Positions 13,787-27,378 of a stretch of DNA of 64,000 nt are shown piece by piece. The notes below the pieces were generated by a model that saw only the letters and a list, made by a program, of their open reading frames with translations, was not told where the DNA came from and did not search any database. Each line of letters opens with the position of its first letter. Position 1 is the stretch's first letter. The position numbers were made by a program, and so were the translations under genes. The stretch lies in NCBI RefSeq assembly GCF_009914755.1, contig NC_060925.1. One strand, written 5' to 3'. Source of the DNA: the human T2T-CHM13v2.0 reference genome, Homo sapiens.

Positions 13787-16700
13787 GAGGAGGTGGAGCA
13801 AGATGGGCAAATAGAACCCTCCAGTGATCATCCCCCACTGCAGGAACACCAAATTGAACAACTATCCACACAAGGAAGCACCTTCATAAGAACCAAAAAT
13901 CAGGTGAGTGATCACAGTACATGGTTTTAACTTTATAACCCTGAAAGAGGCACTGAAAGATATAGGAAAGAAAGTCTTGAATTGCTGACACCCCTCCTTT
14001 CCCATCCCCCAGCAGCCGCTGCACAGTGCAGTGAGATAATCTGTGCACTTAGGGGAGAGAGAATGCAGTGATTATGGAATTTTGCTTTGGAACTTCATGC
14101 TTCCCTGTCACAGCAGAAAGCAACACAGGGCAAAATTTAGCCAGTGCTCAAAGAGGGAGCATTTAGACCAGCCCTACCCAGAAAGGAATCATCCATCCCA
14201 GGGATAAGAACCTGAGTTCTGGCTAGCCCCACCTCTGGGTGTTAAAGCACTCTGGGGTCCTAAATAAACTTAAAAAGCAGTCTAGGCCACATGGACTGCA
14301 ATTTCTGGGCAAGTCCTGGTGTTGTGCTGGACTGGAAGCAGTGGACTTGGGGTGCACATGATCTAGTGAAACACAAGCTGGAGTGGCCAAGCGAGTGCTT
14401 TTGTCACCCCTTCTCCAACCCCAGGCGGCAGATCTTCTGCCCCAGAGAGACTCCTTCCTTCTGCGGAGGAGAGGAGAGGGTAAAGAAGACTTTGTCTTGT
14501 AACTTGAATGCCAGCTCAGCCACAGCAGAATAGGGTACCAGGCAGAGTCCTGGGGTCCCTATTCCAGGCACTAGACAACACCTGTAGACATACCCTGGGC
14601 CAGAAAGAAACCCACTGCATTGAAGGGAAGAACCCAGTTTTGGCAGGATTTATCACCTGCTAACTAAAGAATAAGTGGGTACCTTGAATAAGTGGTACCC
14701 AGGCAGTACTTGCGTGAGGCCTTGGGTGAGACCCGGGGCGTGCAGGCTTCAGGTGTGATCCAGTGCGTTTTACACTGTGGTGGCCATAGGGAGAGACTCC
14801 TTCTGCTTGAGAAAAGGAGAGGGAAGAGTAAAGGGGACTTTGTCTTGCAGCTTGGGCGCCAGTGCAGCCACAGTGAGGTAGTGCACCAACTGGGCTCCTG
14901 GAGTCCATGATTCCAAGCCTTGCATTTTAGATGGCATTTATGGACCTTTCTGGGACAGAAGGGAGCGCATTGCCCTGATGGAAAAGACCCAAGACTTACA
15001 GCATTCACCACAAGCTGACTGAAGAGCCCACGGGTATTGAGTGAATATTGGCAGTGCCAAACAGTACTTGCCATGGGCCTGAGGTGGTGGTGGCCTGGGG
15101 GAAAGACTCCTTCTGCATGAGGAAAGGTGAGGAAAGAGTGGGAACAACTTTGTCTTGTGTCTTGGGTGCCAGCTGAGTCACAGTAAAATAGAACACTAGA
15201 TAGATTCCCATGTTTCCCCACTCCAAGACCAGGCTCCTGGACAGCATTTCTGGACCTGCCCTGGGCCACAGGGGAGCATACTACCCTGAAGGGAAGGACA
15301 CAACATTGGATGGATTTGCCACCTGCTGACTGAAGAGCACTTGGACCTTGCATGAACATTGGCAGTAGCCAGGCAGTGGTTGCCACAGCCTTGGGTGAGA
15401 CTCAGTGTTGCGCTGACTTCAGGTTTGACACAGCACAATCCCAGTGGCGATGGCCACACAAGTGCTTGGTTATCCTCCCTGCCAGCTCCAGGCAGCTTAG
15501 TATGGAGACGGAGACTCTGTTGATTTGGGGGAAAGTAAAAGAGGAGAACAAGAGTCTTTGCCTAGTAATCCAGAGAATTATCCCAGATCTTACTCAAGAC
15601 CACCAAGGTGGTACCTCTACAAGTGTGCAAGAGACACAGCATTGCTAGGCTTGGGGTGCCTTATAATGCAGATAGGGCAGCAATGACCAAAGATTTAGAT
15701 CACAACACTCAATTCCCCTTGAATACCTAGGAAGCTTTACCAAAAAGGACAGATACAAACAAGCCTGAAGTGTAAAGACTACAATAAAAACCCAACTCTT
15801 CAATGCCTAGACATGGACAAACATCCACAAGCATCAAGACCATCCAGGAAAACATGACCTCACAAAATGTACTAAATAAGGCACTAGCAACCAATCCCTG
15901 AATGACAGAAATATGTGACCTTTCAGACAGGGAATTCAAAATAGCTGTTTTGAGGAAGCTCAGAGAAATTCAAGATACCACAGAGAAGGAATTCAGAATC
16001 CTATGAGATAAATTTAAAAAACAGATTGAAGTGATTTTAAAAAATTAATCAGAAATTGTGGAGCTGAAAAATTCAATTGACATGAGGAAGAATGCATCAG
16101 AGTCTCTCAACAGCAGAATTAATGAAAGAAAAGAAATAATGAACATGAAGACACACCATTAAAAAATACAGTCAGAGAAGACAAAAGCAAAACAAAGAAT
16201 GAAGCATGCTTACATGATCTAGAAAATAGTCTCAGAAAGGCAAATCTAAGAGTTATTGGCAATAAAGAAGAAGTAAAGAGAAGTAAGGGTAGAAATTTTA
16301 TTTGGAGGGATAATAACAGATAACTTCCCAAACCTAGAGAAAGATATCAATATCCAGCTACACGAAGGCTATAGAAAACCAAGCAGACTTAATCCAAATA
16401 GGACTACCTCAAGACACCCAATAATCAAACTCTCAAAGGTCAAGAATAAAGAAAGGATCTGAAAAAGCAGCAAGAGAGAAAAAGCAACACAAAATGGAGC
16501 TCCAATATATCTAACAGCAGACTTCTCAGTGGAAATTTTACAGGCCAGAAGAGAGTGGCATGACACATTTAAAGTGCTGAAAGAATAAAACTTTTATCCT
16601 AGAATAGTATATCCAGCAAAAATATTCTTCAAACATCAAGGAGAAATACTTTCCCAGACAAACAAAAACCGAGGAATTTCATCAATACCAGACCTGTCCT

Positions 16701-19700
16701 ACAGGAAATGCCAAAGGGAGTTCTTCAATCTGAAAGGAAAGGACCTTAATGACCAATAAGAAATCATCTGAAGGTACAAAACTCATTGGTAATAGTAAGT
16801 ACAGAGACAAATACAGACTATTATAACACCAGAATTGTGGTGTACAAACTACTTATATCTTGAGTAGAAAAACTAAAAGATGAACCTATTGAAAATAATA
16901 ACTACAACAAATTTTCAAGGAATAGATAGTATAGCAAGATATAGATGGAAACAACAAAAAGTTAAAAAGCAGGGAGAAAAAATTAAAGTGTAAAGTTTGT
17001 GTTAGTTTTCCCTTTGCTTATTATTTCACTTTTGCAATCAGTGTTAACTTGTCATCAATTTGAAATAATGTTGTTATTTGCAAGATAAGATGTTATTTGC
17101 CATCCTCATGGAAAACTCAAATTTAAAAAAAAACCTGTTACAAATATATAAAAAACAAAAAGCAAAAAATTAAAACTTAGCACCAGATAAAACTACCTTC
17201 ACTAAAAAAAGACAAGAAGAAAGAAAAGAAGGAAGAGAAAGACAATGAGAAAACAAATAACAAAGGGCAGGAGTAAATCCCTACTTATCAATAATAACAT
17301 TGAATATAAAGGGACTAAACTCTCCAATAAAAAGACATAGAATGGATTGATGATCTGTTAATTACAAGAAACACACTTCAACTATAAAGGCACACATAGA
17401 GTGAAAATAAAAAGATAGAGAGAGATATTCCATGGAAAACCAAAAAAGAGCAAGACTAGCTCTGCTTATGTCAGACAAAACAGATTTCAAGACAAAACCC
17501 ATAAAAAGAGACAAAGGTCATTTTATAGTGGTAAAAGGGTCAATTCAGCAATAGGATATAATAATTGTAAATATATATGCACTCAACAGTGGAGCACTCA
17601 GATATATAAAACAAAAGTTATTAGAGCTAAAGAGAGAAATAGACCCTAATACAATAATAGCTAGAGACTTCAACACTCTACTTCCAGTATTGGACAGATC
17701 ATTCTGAAAGAAAATCAACAAAGAAACATCAGACTTAATCTGTACTATAGACCAAATGGACCTATCAGATATTTACAGAACATTTCATCCAAGTGCTGCA
17801 GAATACACATTCTTCTCCTCAGCACATGAATCACTGCAAAGGATAAACCATATGTTAGGCCACAAAACTAGCCTTAAAACAAAAAAAAAATTAATTATAT
17901 TAAATACTTTCTGTGACCACAATGAAGTAAAACTAGAAATCAATAACAAGAGAAACTTTGGAAACTATAGTAACACATGGAAATTACACAATATGTTCCT
18001 GAATGACCAGTGGGTCAAGAAGTCATTAAGAAAGAAATTGAAAATTTTATTGAACAATGCCCATCAATGACAGACTGGATAAAGAAAATGTGGTACATAT
18101 ACACCATGGAATACTATGCAGACATAAAAAGGAATGAGGTCATGTCCTTTGAGGGACATGGATGAAACTGGAAGCCATCATCCTCAGCAAACTAACTCAG
18201 GAACATAAAACCAAACAATGCATGTTCTTATCCATAATTGGGAGTTGAACAATGAGAACACATAGACACAGGGAGGGGAACAACACACGCCAGGGCTTGT
18301 TGGGGGGTGGGGTCAAAGGGACAGAACTTAGAGGACAGGTCAGTAGGTACAGCAAACCACCACGGCGCATGTATACTTACGTAGCAAACCTGCACATTCG
18401 GCACATGTATCCTGGAACTTAAAGTAAACTATATTTTTTTAAATCCCCACTTGTACCTTACCTTCTAGTCACAATTTTCAAAAATAGATTTTCATAATTA
18501 AAAAAAAGAAAATTTTATTGAGTCAAATGGAAATGGAAACACAATATATAATATATATAATACCAAAATCTATAGGATGCAGGAAACCGTACTAAGAGGA
18601 AAGTTTATAACAATAAGTGCCTATAATAAAAAAGTAAAAACAATATTTTACAATAAAAAAGTAAACAACCTAATGATGCATCTTAAAAAACTAGAAAAGC
18701 AATAGCAAGCCAAATCCAAAATTAATAGATGAAAGGGAATAATAAAAATCAGAGCAGAAATGAGACTGAAACAAAAAATACAAAAGATCAATAAAATGAA
18801 AAGTTAGTTTTTGAGAAGATAAGCAAAATTGACAAATCTTTAGCAAGTCTAAGGAAAAAAGAGAGAAGACCCAAATAAATCAGAGATGAAAAAGAAGACA
18901 CAACAACTGATACTGCAGAAATTCAAAGGTTCATTAGAGGCTAATGTGAACAACTATATGCCATGGCTCTGGAAAACCTGTAGAAGAAATGAATAAATTC
19001 CTAGACACGTAAAACTACCAAGAATGAACCATGAAGAAATCCAAAACTTGAATAGGCCAATTATAAGTAAAAGAAAAGCTGGGGACCTGATGAATTTTAC
19101 CAAATATTTAAAGAAAAACTAATACCAATCCTACTTGAACTATTCTGAAAATAAGAGAAGGAGGGAATACTTCCAAACTCATTCTACGAGTTCAGTATTG
19201 CCCTGATACAAAAACCAGATAAAAACATAAAAAAAAGAAAACTACAGGTCAATATCTCTGATGAATATTGATGCAAAAATTCTCAACAAAATACTATCAA
19301 ACTGAATACAGCAATACATGAAAAAGATCATTCCATCATGACCAAGTAAGATTTATCCTAGGAATGCAAGGATGATTCAATATATGCAAGTGAATCAAGG
19401 TGAGGCATTATACCAAAAGAATGAAAGACAAAAACCATATGATCATTTCAACTGATGCTGAAAAAGTATCTGATAAAATTCCACATCCCTACATGATAAA
19501 AACCCTAAAACAAAAACTGAGTATAGAAGAAACATACCTTAACACAATAAAAGTCATATACTACAGACCCACAGTTAGTAGCATACTGAATAGGTAAAAC
19601 TAAAATCCTTTCTTCTAAGATCTGGAACACAACAAGGATGCCCGCTTTCACACTGTTATTCAACATAGTACTGGAAGTCCCAGCTGGAGCTATCAGACAA

Positions 19701-21830
19701 GAGAAAGAAATAGAGGGCATCCAAATTTAAAAGGAAGAAGTCAAATTATCTTTGTTTGCAGATGATATGCTCATTTATTTGGACTCCACCCAAAAAATAT
19801 TAGAACTGATAAAGAAATTTAGTAGTATTGCAGGATACAAAATCAACATACAAAAATCAGGTGTATTTCCATGTGGCAACAGCAAGCAGTCTGAAAAAGA
19901 AATCAATAAAGTAATCCCATTTATAATAGCTACAAATAAAATAAAAACTATGAAACATTGAGGCAAGAAATTGAGAGGACACACAAAAAAAAGGAAAGGT
20001 ATTCCACGGTTACGGATGGAAATATCTGTGCCACCCAAAGCAACCTACAGAATCAATGCAATTCCTGTCAAAATACCAATGACATTCTCCACAGAAACAG
20101 AAAATAATCCTGAAATTTATATAAAACCATAACAGACCCAAAAAAAGCCAAAGCCATTCTGAGCATAAATAAATAAATAAATAAATAAATAAATACTGGA
20201 GAAATCACATTACCTGGCTTTAAATTATGCTACAGAGCTATACTAACCAAAACAGCATGGTACTGGCATAAAAACAGATACATAGAACACTGGAACAGAA
20301 TAGAGAACCCAGAAACAAATCCACATACCCACAGTGAACTCATTTTTGACAAAGGTGTCAAGAACATACACTGGGAAAAAAGCCTCTTTAATAAATGGTG
20401 TTGGGAAAACTGGATATCTGTATGCAGAAAAATGAAACTAGATTCCTATCTCTTGTCATATACAAAAATCAAATCAAAATGAATTAAATACTTAGATCTA
20501 AGATCTAGAACTATAAAACTACTAAAAGAAAACTTAGGGAAATTCTCCAGGATATTAGTCTGGGCAAAGATTTCTTGAGTAATACCCCACAAGCACAGGC
20601 AGACAAAGCAAAAATGGACAAATGGATTGACCACAAGTTAAAAAGCTTCTTCACAGCAAAGGAAAACAATTAATAAAGTGAAGAGACAACATACAAAATA
20701 GGAGAAAATATTTGCAAGCTATCCATCTGACAAAAGACTAATAACTAGTGTATATGAGGAGCTTAAACAACTCAATAGGAAAACATTTTTTAAATGGGCA
20801 AAATATCTGAATGGATATCTCTTAAAAGAAGACATAAATGTCAAACAGTTATATAAAGGTGTGCTCAACATTATTGATCACTGGAAAAATACAAAGCAGA
20901 ACTATAATAAGATATCACCTCACCCCAGTTAAACTGGCTTTTAACCAAAAGATAGGCAATAAAGAATGCTGGCAAGGATGTTTAGAAAAGAGAACTCTTG
21001 TACACTGCTGGTGGGAATGTAAATTAGTACAGCCACTATGGAGAACAGTATGGAGGTTCCCAAAAAAACTAAAACTAAAACTACCATACAATCCACTGCT
21101 AGGTATATACCCAAAAGAAAGGAAATCAGTATTCCAAAGAGATATCTGCAGTCTCATGTTTATTGCAGCGCTATTCACAGTAGCCAAGATTTGGAAGCAA
21201 CCTAAGTGTCCATCAACTGATGAAGGGATTAAAAAATGTGGTACATATACAGAACAGAGTACTTACTATTCAGCCATGAAAAAGAATGAGATCCTGTCAT
21301 TTGCAACAACATGATTGGAATTGGAGGTCATTATGTTAAGTGAAATAAGCCAGGCACAGAAAGACAAACTTCACAAGTTCTCACTCATTTGTAGGAGTTA
21401 AAAATTAAAACAGTTGAACTTCATGGAGCTAGAGAGGGGAATGATGGCTACCAGAGGCTGGGAAGGGTGAAAGGGTGGTAAAGTGGGGATGGTTAATGGG
21501 TACAAAAATATAGTTAGGTAGTGTAAATATAATATAGTATATAGTTAGTATAAATAGTATAGTATAAATAAATAGTATAGTATATAGATAATATAAACAT
21601 TATCTATATTGTGATAGCACAACAGGGTGACTACACCCAGCAATAATTTATTGTACATTTTAAAATAACTAAAAGAGTATAACTGGTATGTATGTAACAT
21701 AAGGAAAGGATAAATGCTTAAGGTGATGGATACCCCATTTTCCCTGATGAAATTCTTATGCTTTGTATGCCTGTATCAAAATATTTCATGTACCCCATAT
21801 ATGCACCTACCAAAAAAGTAAAAAGCAAAA
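13787..21830 (+). mobile_element. Full-length old LINE-1 (L1MA-type), ORFs disrupted
   Basis: 5' gaggaggtggagcaagatgg start, ~2 kb repetitive 5'UTR, ORF1 remnant ~15800-16750, long inter-ORF spacer, ORF2 remnants (DIYRTFHP..., MFADDM at 19752, [13 protein letters not shown]), L1MA-style 3'UTR (gatagcacaacagggtgacta...). Confidence 0.88.
18054..18507 (+). mobile_element. 5'-truncated L1PA (older PA subfamily) nested in L1MA ORF2, with 3' transduction
   Basis: L1PA 3'UTR to cctggaacttaaagtaaa (~18428), ~70 bp non-L1 sequence, short poly(A). Perfect 14-bp TSD gaaaattttattga at 18040-18053 and 18508-18521. Confidence 0.9.
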
Positions 21831-22030
21831 CAGGTGAACAATGATCTAAACAAGAGTCCCAACCATGATAAGATGATGCTGAATTTTTTCCTTTAAAAAA
21901 GAATGGTGGAATATCTGTCATCCCAATGACATATTTCTGGCTGTCACCAGTTCTCCAAGTATGAAAATCTTTATGGTGCCAAACCTAAATGTCATTTGCC
22001 CTAAATATTTAAGAGCAACAACTGGGGAAC

Positions 22031-22087
22031 AGTGAGATATGATCATACCATAGCACTCCAGCCTAGTTTAGAGAGCAAGACCTCATC

Positions 22088-22122
<35 letters not shown>
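22031..22122 (+). mobile_element. Alu 3' fragment with (GA)n tail
   Basis: agtgagatatgatcataccatagcactccagcct...gagcaagacc then (GA)n. Confidence 0.7.
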
Positions 22123-22123
<1 letters not shown>

Positions 22124-23046
22124 CTGCAACAACCGGACACATACCTCAGTTGCAGGAGAGCTGAGGATGGAGACCCTGCTGGGCTACGAAAAAGCCCAAG
22201 TGATGGTACCTGGGAAGGCCTATGGCAAAGTGGAACTCAGCAATAGGCAGTAACATGTCCACAAATATTACTGTTCTTCCCAACCACATTACACCTCCCT
22301 TTTCCAATCCCATAAGCCTACTTTACCTGCCCTCCATGGCTAAATGTTGAGAAGACTCCCCGCCATAAGCTTATATAGAAATTAATTTGCAAGTATTTAG
22401 TGAGCACCTACTATGTATTCGTCACTATTCCAGGAATCAAAGGAGGATATCAGAGAAAAATGAGACAGTCCCCTATCCCAAGGAAGACCCAAGCTTGCTG
22501 TAAAGACAACATCACATAATTACCCAATATTATAAAACATATGAATCAGACCTAATTTATAGATTCAAGATGAGAAGGGAGAAATCTAAGTTTCACAGCA
22601 GTAATGGTATGCTTCATGGAGGAACTGGACTAAGCTGATCCTAATACCGCATTTCTATTCCTGAAACTGTGAAGTGAAGCCTGGGTCCCTGACCTGGAGG
22701 GTTAGCCCACCATGACACAGTGGGTGATTATGATCATACCCTTTTATTCCTGACAGACCTGGTTCCAATCCCAATTCTTCCTATGTTTGTAGATTCAGAA
22801 AAGTCATTTAATCTCCTTGAGTCCCGGTTAATTCATCTATGAAATGGTACTAAGGGCCTAATGTGTTCAAAGTCTTACATTAAAGCCTGGCATATAACAG
22901 GTGCTCAATCCATGGTAATTATCATTATTTGAAGTCACTTCAATATATGGAAGGATGAAGCTTTTCCCGTGATATTTTAGTCAAAGTTCAATTGTATATC
23001 TGAAATCATTAAAAGTTGCATCAGACCTTCAAATTTTATTTCAAGG

Positions 23047-23222
23047 CAGTGGTGCCCAAGCTTTGTTGAACATTTGAATGACCTGGGAATCTTTAAACTA
23101 TACTGATGCCTGGGCCCCACCCCAGACATTCTGACTGCGTTGATCTGGGGTGTAATCTTGGCATTGAGATTTTTTAAACTCCCCAGCTGACGCTTATGTG
23201 CAACAAAGTTTAGGAACCACTG
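23047..23222. mobile_element. MER5A-type hAT DNA transposon
   Basis: cagtggt...aaccactg terminal inverted ends; internal gatgcctgggccccaccccagacattctgact. Confidence 0.8.
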
Positions 23223-23322
23223 TTTATGGCAAAATTCCATCTCCTGTTCCACAGAAGGTTCTGAGAGCAGCAGACCAAGAAGCAAGTAGGGAACACACTT
23301 CTTGACATGTTGCCTTATTTAT

Positions 23323-23871
23323 TGTATTAATCGGGGTTCTCCAGAGGAATAGAACCAATAAAATACACATGTGCACATACAGACACATACACACACACAC
23401 ACACATATACGTGTGTGTATCTATATACACATAGAAAGAGAGAGGTGATTTACTATAACGAGTTGGCTCACATGATTTTGGAGGCTGAAAAGTCCCCAAA
23501 TCTGCAGTTAGCAAGCTGGAGAAAAGCCAATGGTATAGTTTCAGTCTGAGTTTGAAGGTCTGAGAATTAGAATGTTCAATGTTGCAGTGCCAGTACGAAG
23601 GCTGAAAAAAGAAATAACGTCCCAGCCAGAAGGCAGTCAAGTAGGAGTTCCCTTTTACTCAAAAAGGGGTCAACTTTTATGTTCTCATCAGGACTTAAAG
23701 TGATTGGATGTGGCCCACCCACACAGGGAGCCCATCTACTTCACTCAGTCTACTGATTCCAGTGCTAATCTCATCCAGAAACACCCTCACAGACACACTT
23801 AGAATAATGTTTGACCAAATATCTGCGCACTTGTTACCCAACCAAATTGGCACATAACATTAACTATCACG
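23323..23871 (-). mobile_element. MLT2-family (ERV-L) solo LTR
   Basis: tgtattaatcggggttctccagag...ctaatctcatccagaaacaccctcacagacac...attaactatcac. Flanks tttat/tgtat match 4 of 5 as a TSD. Confidence 0.85.
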
Positions 23872-24069
23872 TGTATATTGTATCTCAGGCATCCAGCACA
23901 TTCCTACGCACAAAATTGTGCAAGGGACATTCTATGAGCCAAGGAGGGATAGAGTCAACGATTCTTAGTTGTGATCCCTCAGAGAGAACACACATGCAAA
24001 CGCAGACACACAAACACACCCCAAAAGTATGCATCTACCAAAACAAGCCATATAAAGAACATTTTTAGC

Positions 24070-24200
24070 TTATTCCTTTCATTTTAAAGGCAAGGAAACA
24101 GGCCCAGAGAGGTAAAGTGACTTTCTCAAAGTTACACGTCAAATTAATGACTTCTCTAGAACTAACACTCAGGACTCTAGAATTTAAGTTCAATGCCAGT
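24070..24200 (-). mobile_element. MIR fragment
   Basis: cattttaaggcaaggaaacaggcccagagaggtaaagtgactttctcaaagttacac. Confidence 0.6.
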
Positions 24201-24914
24201 ACAATGTTGTTTGTCATTTGTATGACCCTGCCTGTGATCCTGTAGGCCTCAGACATTCTAAAACCCCTTCTTCCTTTTGCCAAACCCTGTGTGATGAGGA
24301 GCTAACAGCCATGTGGCATGACTCTTCATGTCCTTCCAAATAGCAGAACCAGCCTTCCAGGGGGCAATGGTTCATTGTGGATCTAAAAGTACGTATTTTG
24401 AGAAGGAACGCAAAGTAGTTGGGAGGCAGATTCATAAGCTAATTGTTTTGGGCTTATTACAATCAATATCAGTTGCCCCAGGCCAAGGCTGCCTTTGCCT
24501 TGTCAGGCTGCTGACATTTTGTGCTTGGTCACCCAGCTCCTTGCTCCAAAGTGATACATTATTGATTTTCCTCCTGTCCCATTAAGGCCACCCTTTCATC
24601 TCCCCAGGGATAGATGATGCTTTTGCACACAGCTTGCATGTGCCCAGACTCCTTAGTGGGAAAGGCTATATAGGATGAGAAGGTTACCTTTGCAATTTCA
24701 CACCCTCAGATTCTGTCTGCAGCTGAAGAAAATCCACTGTCACACAAATCATACTACCTGAATTTCCTAAATGCCCTTTTCATCTTCCCCCATATGTCAA
24801 CATTTTTTAAACTCAGAAAAAACATTTCTGCCTCCTCCCTGGGTTCCAATCGATGCTGGCCTTCAAACATATAAGGTGAGTTTTTTACCCATCTCTCTCT
24901 CTCCTGAACAGTGG

Positions 24915-25130
24915 GGGATGTTGGGAAAATCCTGGGATTTAAGGGATGACATACCTGGGCTCAAGACATGGCTTCCCCATTTACCCAAATGATGACCTTG
25001 GAATCCTTCTTTGAGCCTTCATCGCTTCATCCTTGAGAGAGGAAATAATAATACCTGCCCGATCACTTTATAAAATATTTAAATGAGATCACATGTGTGA
25101 AGCACCGAGTCTGGAACACAGTACGTGTCA
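24915..25130 (+). mobile_element. MIR fragment
   Basis: acctgggctcaag...ataataatacctgccc...aaatgagatcacatgtgtgaagcac. Confidence 0.55.
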
Positions 25131-26802
25131 ATGCCTCATCCTTTTCTATTTCTCCTGCTGTCTCTTGGGAGACTGGAAGACTGTGGCCTCCCCAAGGTAG
25201 GGGCCACTCATTCCTCGTCTTTGTCCCTAGCATCACATTTGGCACAGATTAATGTTTGGGGAATTGAGGACAACAAGGCAGATACACTTTTATAGATAAT
25301 GACACTGCCTCTTAGAGAGATTCAGTGCCTTGTCCATGCCAAGACCACTGATAGAAATGAGTCTGTTAAGTTCCAGCATTTTGACTCTTTGTCTCATCTT
25401 TCATTCACTAAATCTTGGTGCCTTATGTTCACTCCAAAACAATCTGAACGCAACAACTATGCAGACTAAGTGTGTGGTTACTTCCTGACTTTTCCTCAGA
25501 GTTAACTAGTTCCAGCCTCTGTTTAATGGTAAACATAGATTTCCACCATAATCCGTACTGGCCCCACCTCTTGTCACCTGCAGCTGTCCTCTTCAACCTT
25601 CCCATAGCACAGCCTTCCTAGTTACCAGCAAATGGGAATTTGAAGCAGAAGGTGTTGAAATCATCTCAGCCCACCTCCACGTTACACAGACTTGAGACCC
25701 AGGGCTTTTGGGCTTCCATGCCAAGTTTCCAGCTGCAGTTTAGCCTCTTTTCAAACAGCAATTCTTTCGCCAAATGCTTCCACATGCTTCAGTTTCAGGT
25801 GTTAATTCTACCTTCTAAATTCTTGTTCTGAATATCAGCCCAGTGGCCAGGCTTCACTACCCAAGAGCTGCCAGCCTGTGGTCTGAATTTGCAAGTGTCT
25901 CCTGCATGCTTTCTCATTATTGGCTTCACCCACCTGCTTGGGTCCCTGGTATTGCACCAGCTGGCAGCCCCTGCTGGTGGTGACTGATGTCATAAACCAC
26001 TACGAGAGCTAGTTGCTTCCCCCCAGACTCTTCTCTGTTGTCAACCAGATTGCCACTTAGCCTTGGTCCAGTTCCCAGTCCCCTCCCCATCTGTAGAGTC
26101 TGCCTGCCAGCACACTGCTATGACTTTCTTTTCATAAAATACTGCTTTTATTTATGAGTAGATCTCCTTTACCACATCACCATCTATAAAATACACACTT
26201 GCCCCTTCATCTCAACAATGACATTTCCTCATAGTCTCTTCCTACAGTCTTTAATAAATAAGGACTGCATAATACAAGGGAAAATACAGGATTAAAGAAG
26301 ATAACAAGAAAAAATTCTCCTTCAATCCTCACAAAATCCCATATGCCTTATTACAGATAACTGATGTCAATAAGTCATGTTAATATAATGGTCGAACAAT
26401 ATTTTTTTTCTCCAGGCTTCTGGAGTTGCTCCCCACTGTCCGTTGATAGACTAGGTGTATAAACACATATTTAATTGCTTAATAAGGGCAAGGCCAAGGA
26501 AAGAGTGAAGTATATCAAGCTTTCTACTTGTGGCTTATTTGGTTTACTCCTCACAAGTCCTCACTATCATGACATTTAGCCAGAAATCAAAATATGTTCT
26601 CAGTATTTCTGAAGTTGGCATTCCTACAGTTAGAATCATGATGCTGGAAGATGTGGGGTTCTCCAGAGCAGGACCCATCCTAAAGTAAAACATATTTTGA
26701 GCACACGCCCTAAGCCCAGCCCAAAATGAATTTCAGCATGTGGTTCAATTCTGAGCAAAATTCCGGTGAAAATGCTATCCTTCTTTATTAAATAGGAATG
26801 GT

Positions 26803-27093
26803 AGCCAGGTGCAGTGGCTCATACTCATGGTCCCAATGCTTTGGGAGGCCAAGGCAGGAGAATTGCTCGAGTCCAGGAGTTTGAGACCAGCCTGGTCAAC
26901 ATGGCAATACCCCATCTCTATGAAAAATGCAAAAATTAGCCAGGCATAGCACAGCTGCACACCAGTTGCCCCAGCTACTCAGGAGGCTGAGGTAAGAGGT
27001 CAGGAGGTCAAGGCTGCAGTGAGCTGTGATTGTACCACTGCACTCCTAGGTGACAGAGCAAGGCCATGTCTCAAAATTAATTAATTAATTAAT
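26803..27093 (+). mobile_element. Alu (AluJ-type) with (TTAA)n tail
   Basis: Full divergent Alu. Flanks share gaatgg. Confidence 0.9.
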
Positions 27094-27290
27094 GTAATAT
27101 GAATGGCTTGATTAGAGAGGGAGTGGGACCCTCAATCTTGTCAACCATGAGAGAAAACACCACCCAAGAGCAAATCAGGACCTCAGTAGCAGAGCATGGG
27201 CAAACTTACCCCTTGAACTCTTAGTCATCTGCCTGGAGCCAAGGCACCACATACTACCGAGCAAGCGCGTGTGAGAACCCACAACCTCCA

Positions 27291-27378
27291 TCCCTGTTTT
27301 ACCTGCAACACTAACCTCAGGAGGCAATTCACTCCCTGTTTTACCTGCAACACTAACTTCAGAAAGCAAATCACTCCC
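27291..27378. repeat. 42-bp tandem duplication, 2 units
   Basis: tccctgttttacctgcaacactaac(c/t)tcag... at 27291 and 27333. Confidence 0.9.

Noticed and set aside
14664-15386. 240-aa antisense ORF
   Set aside because: It lies in the GC-richer repetitive L1MA 5'UTR, with no protein motif recognised.
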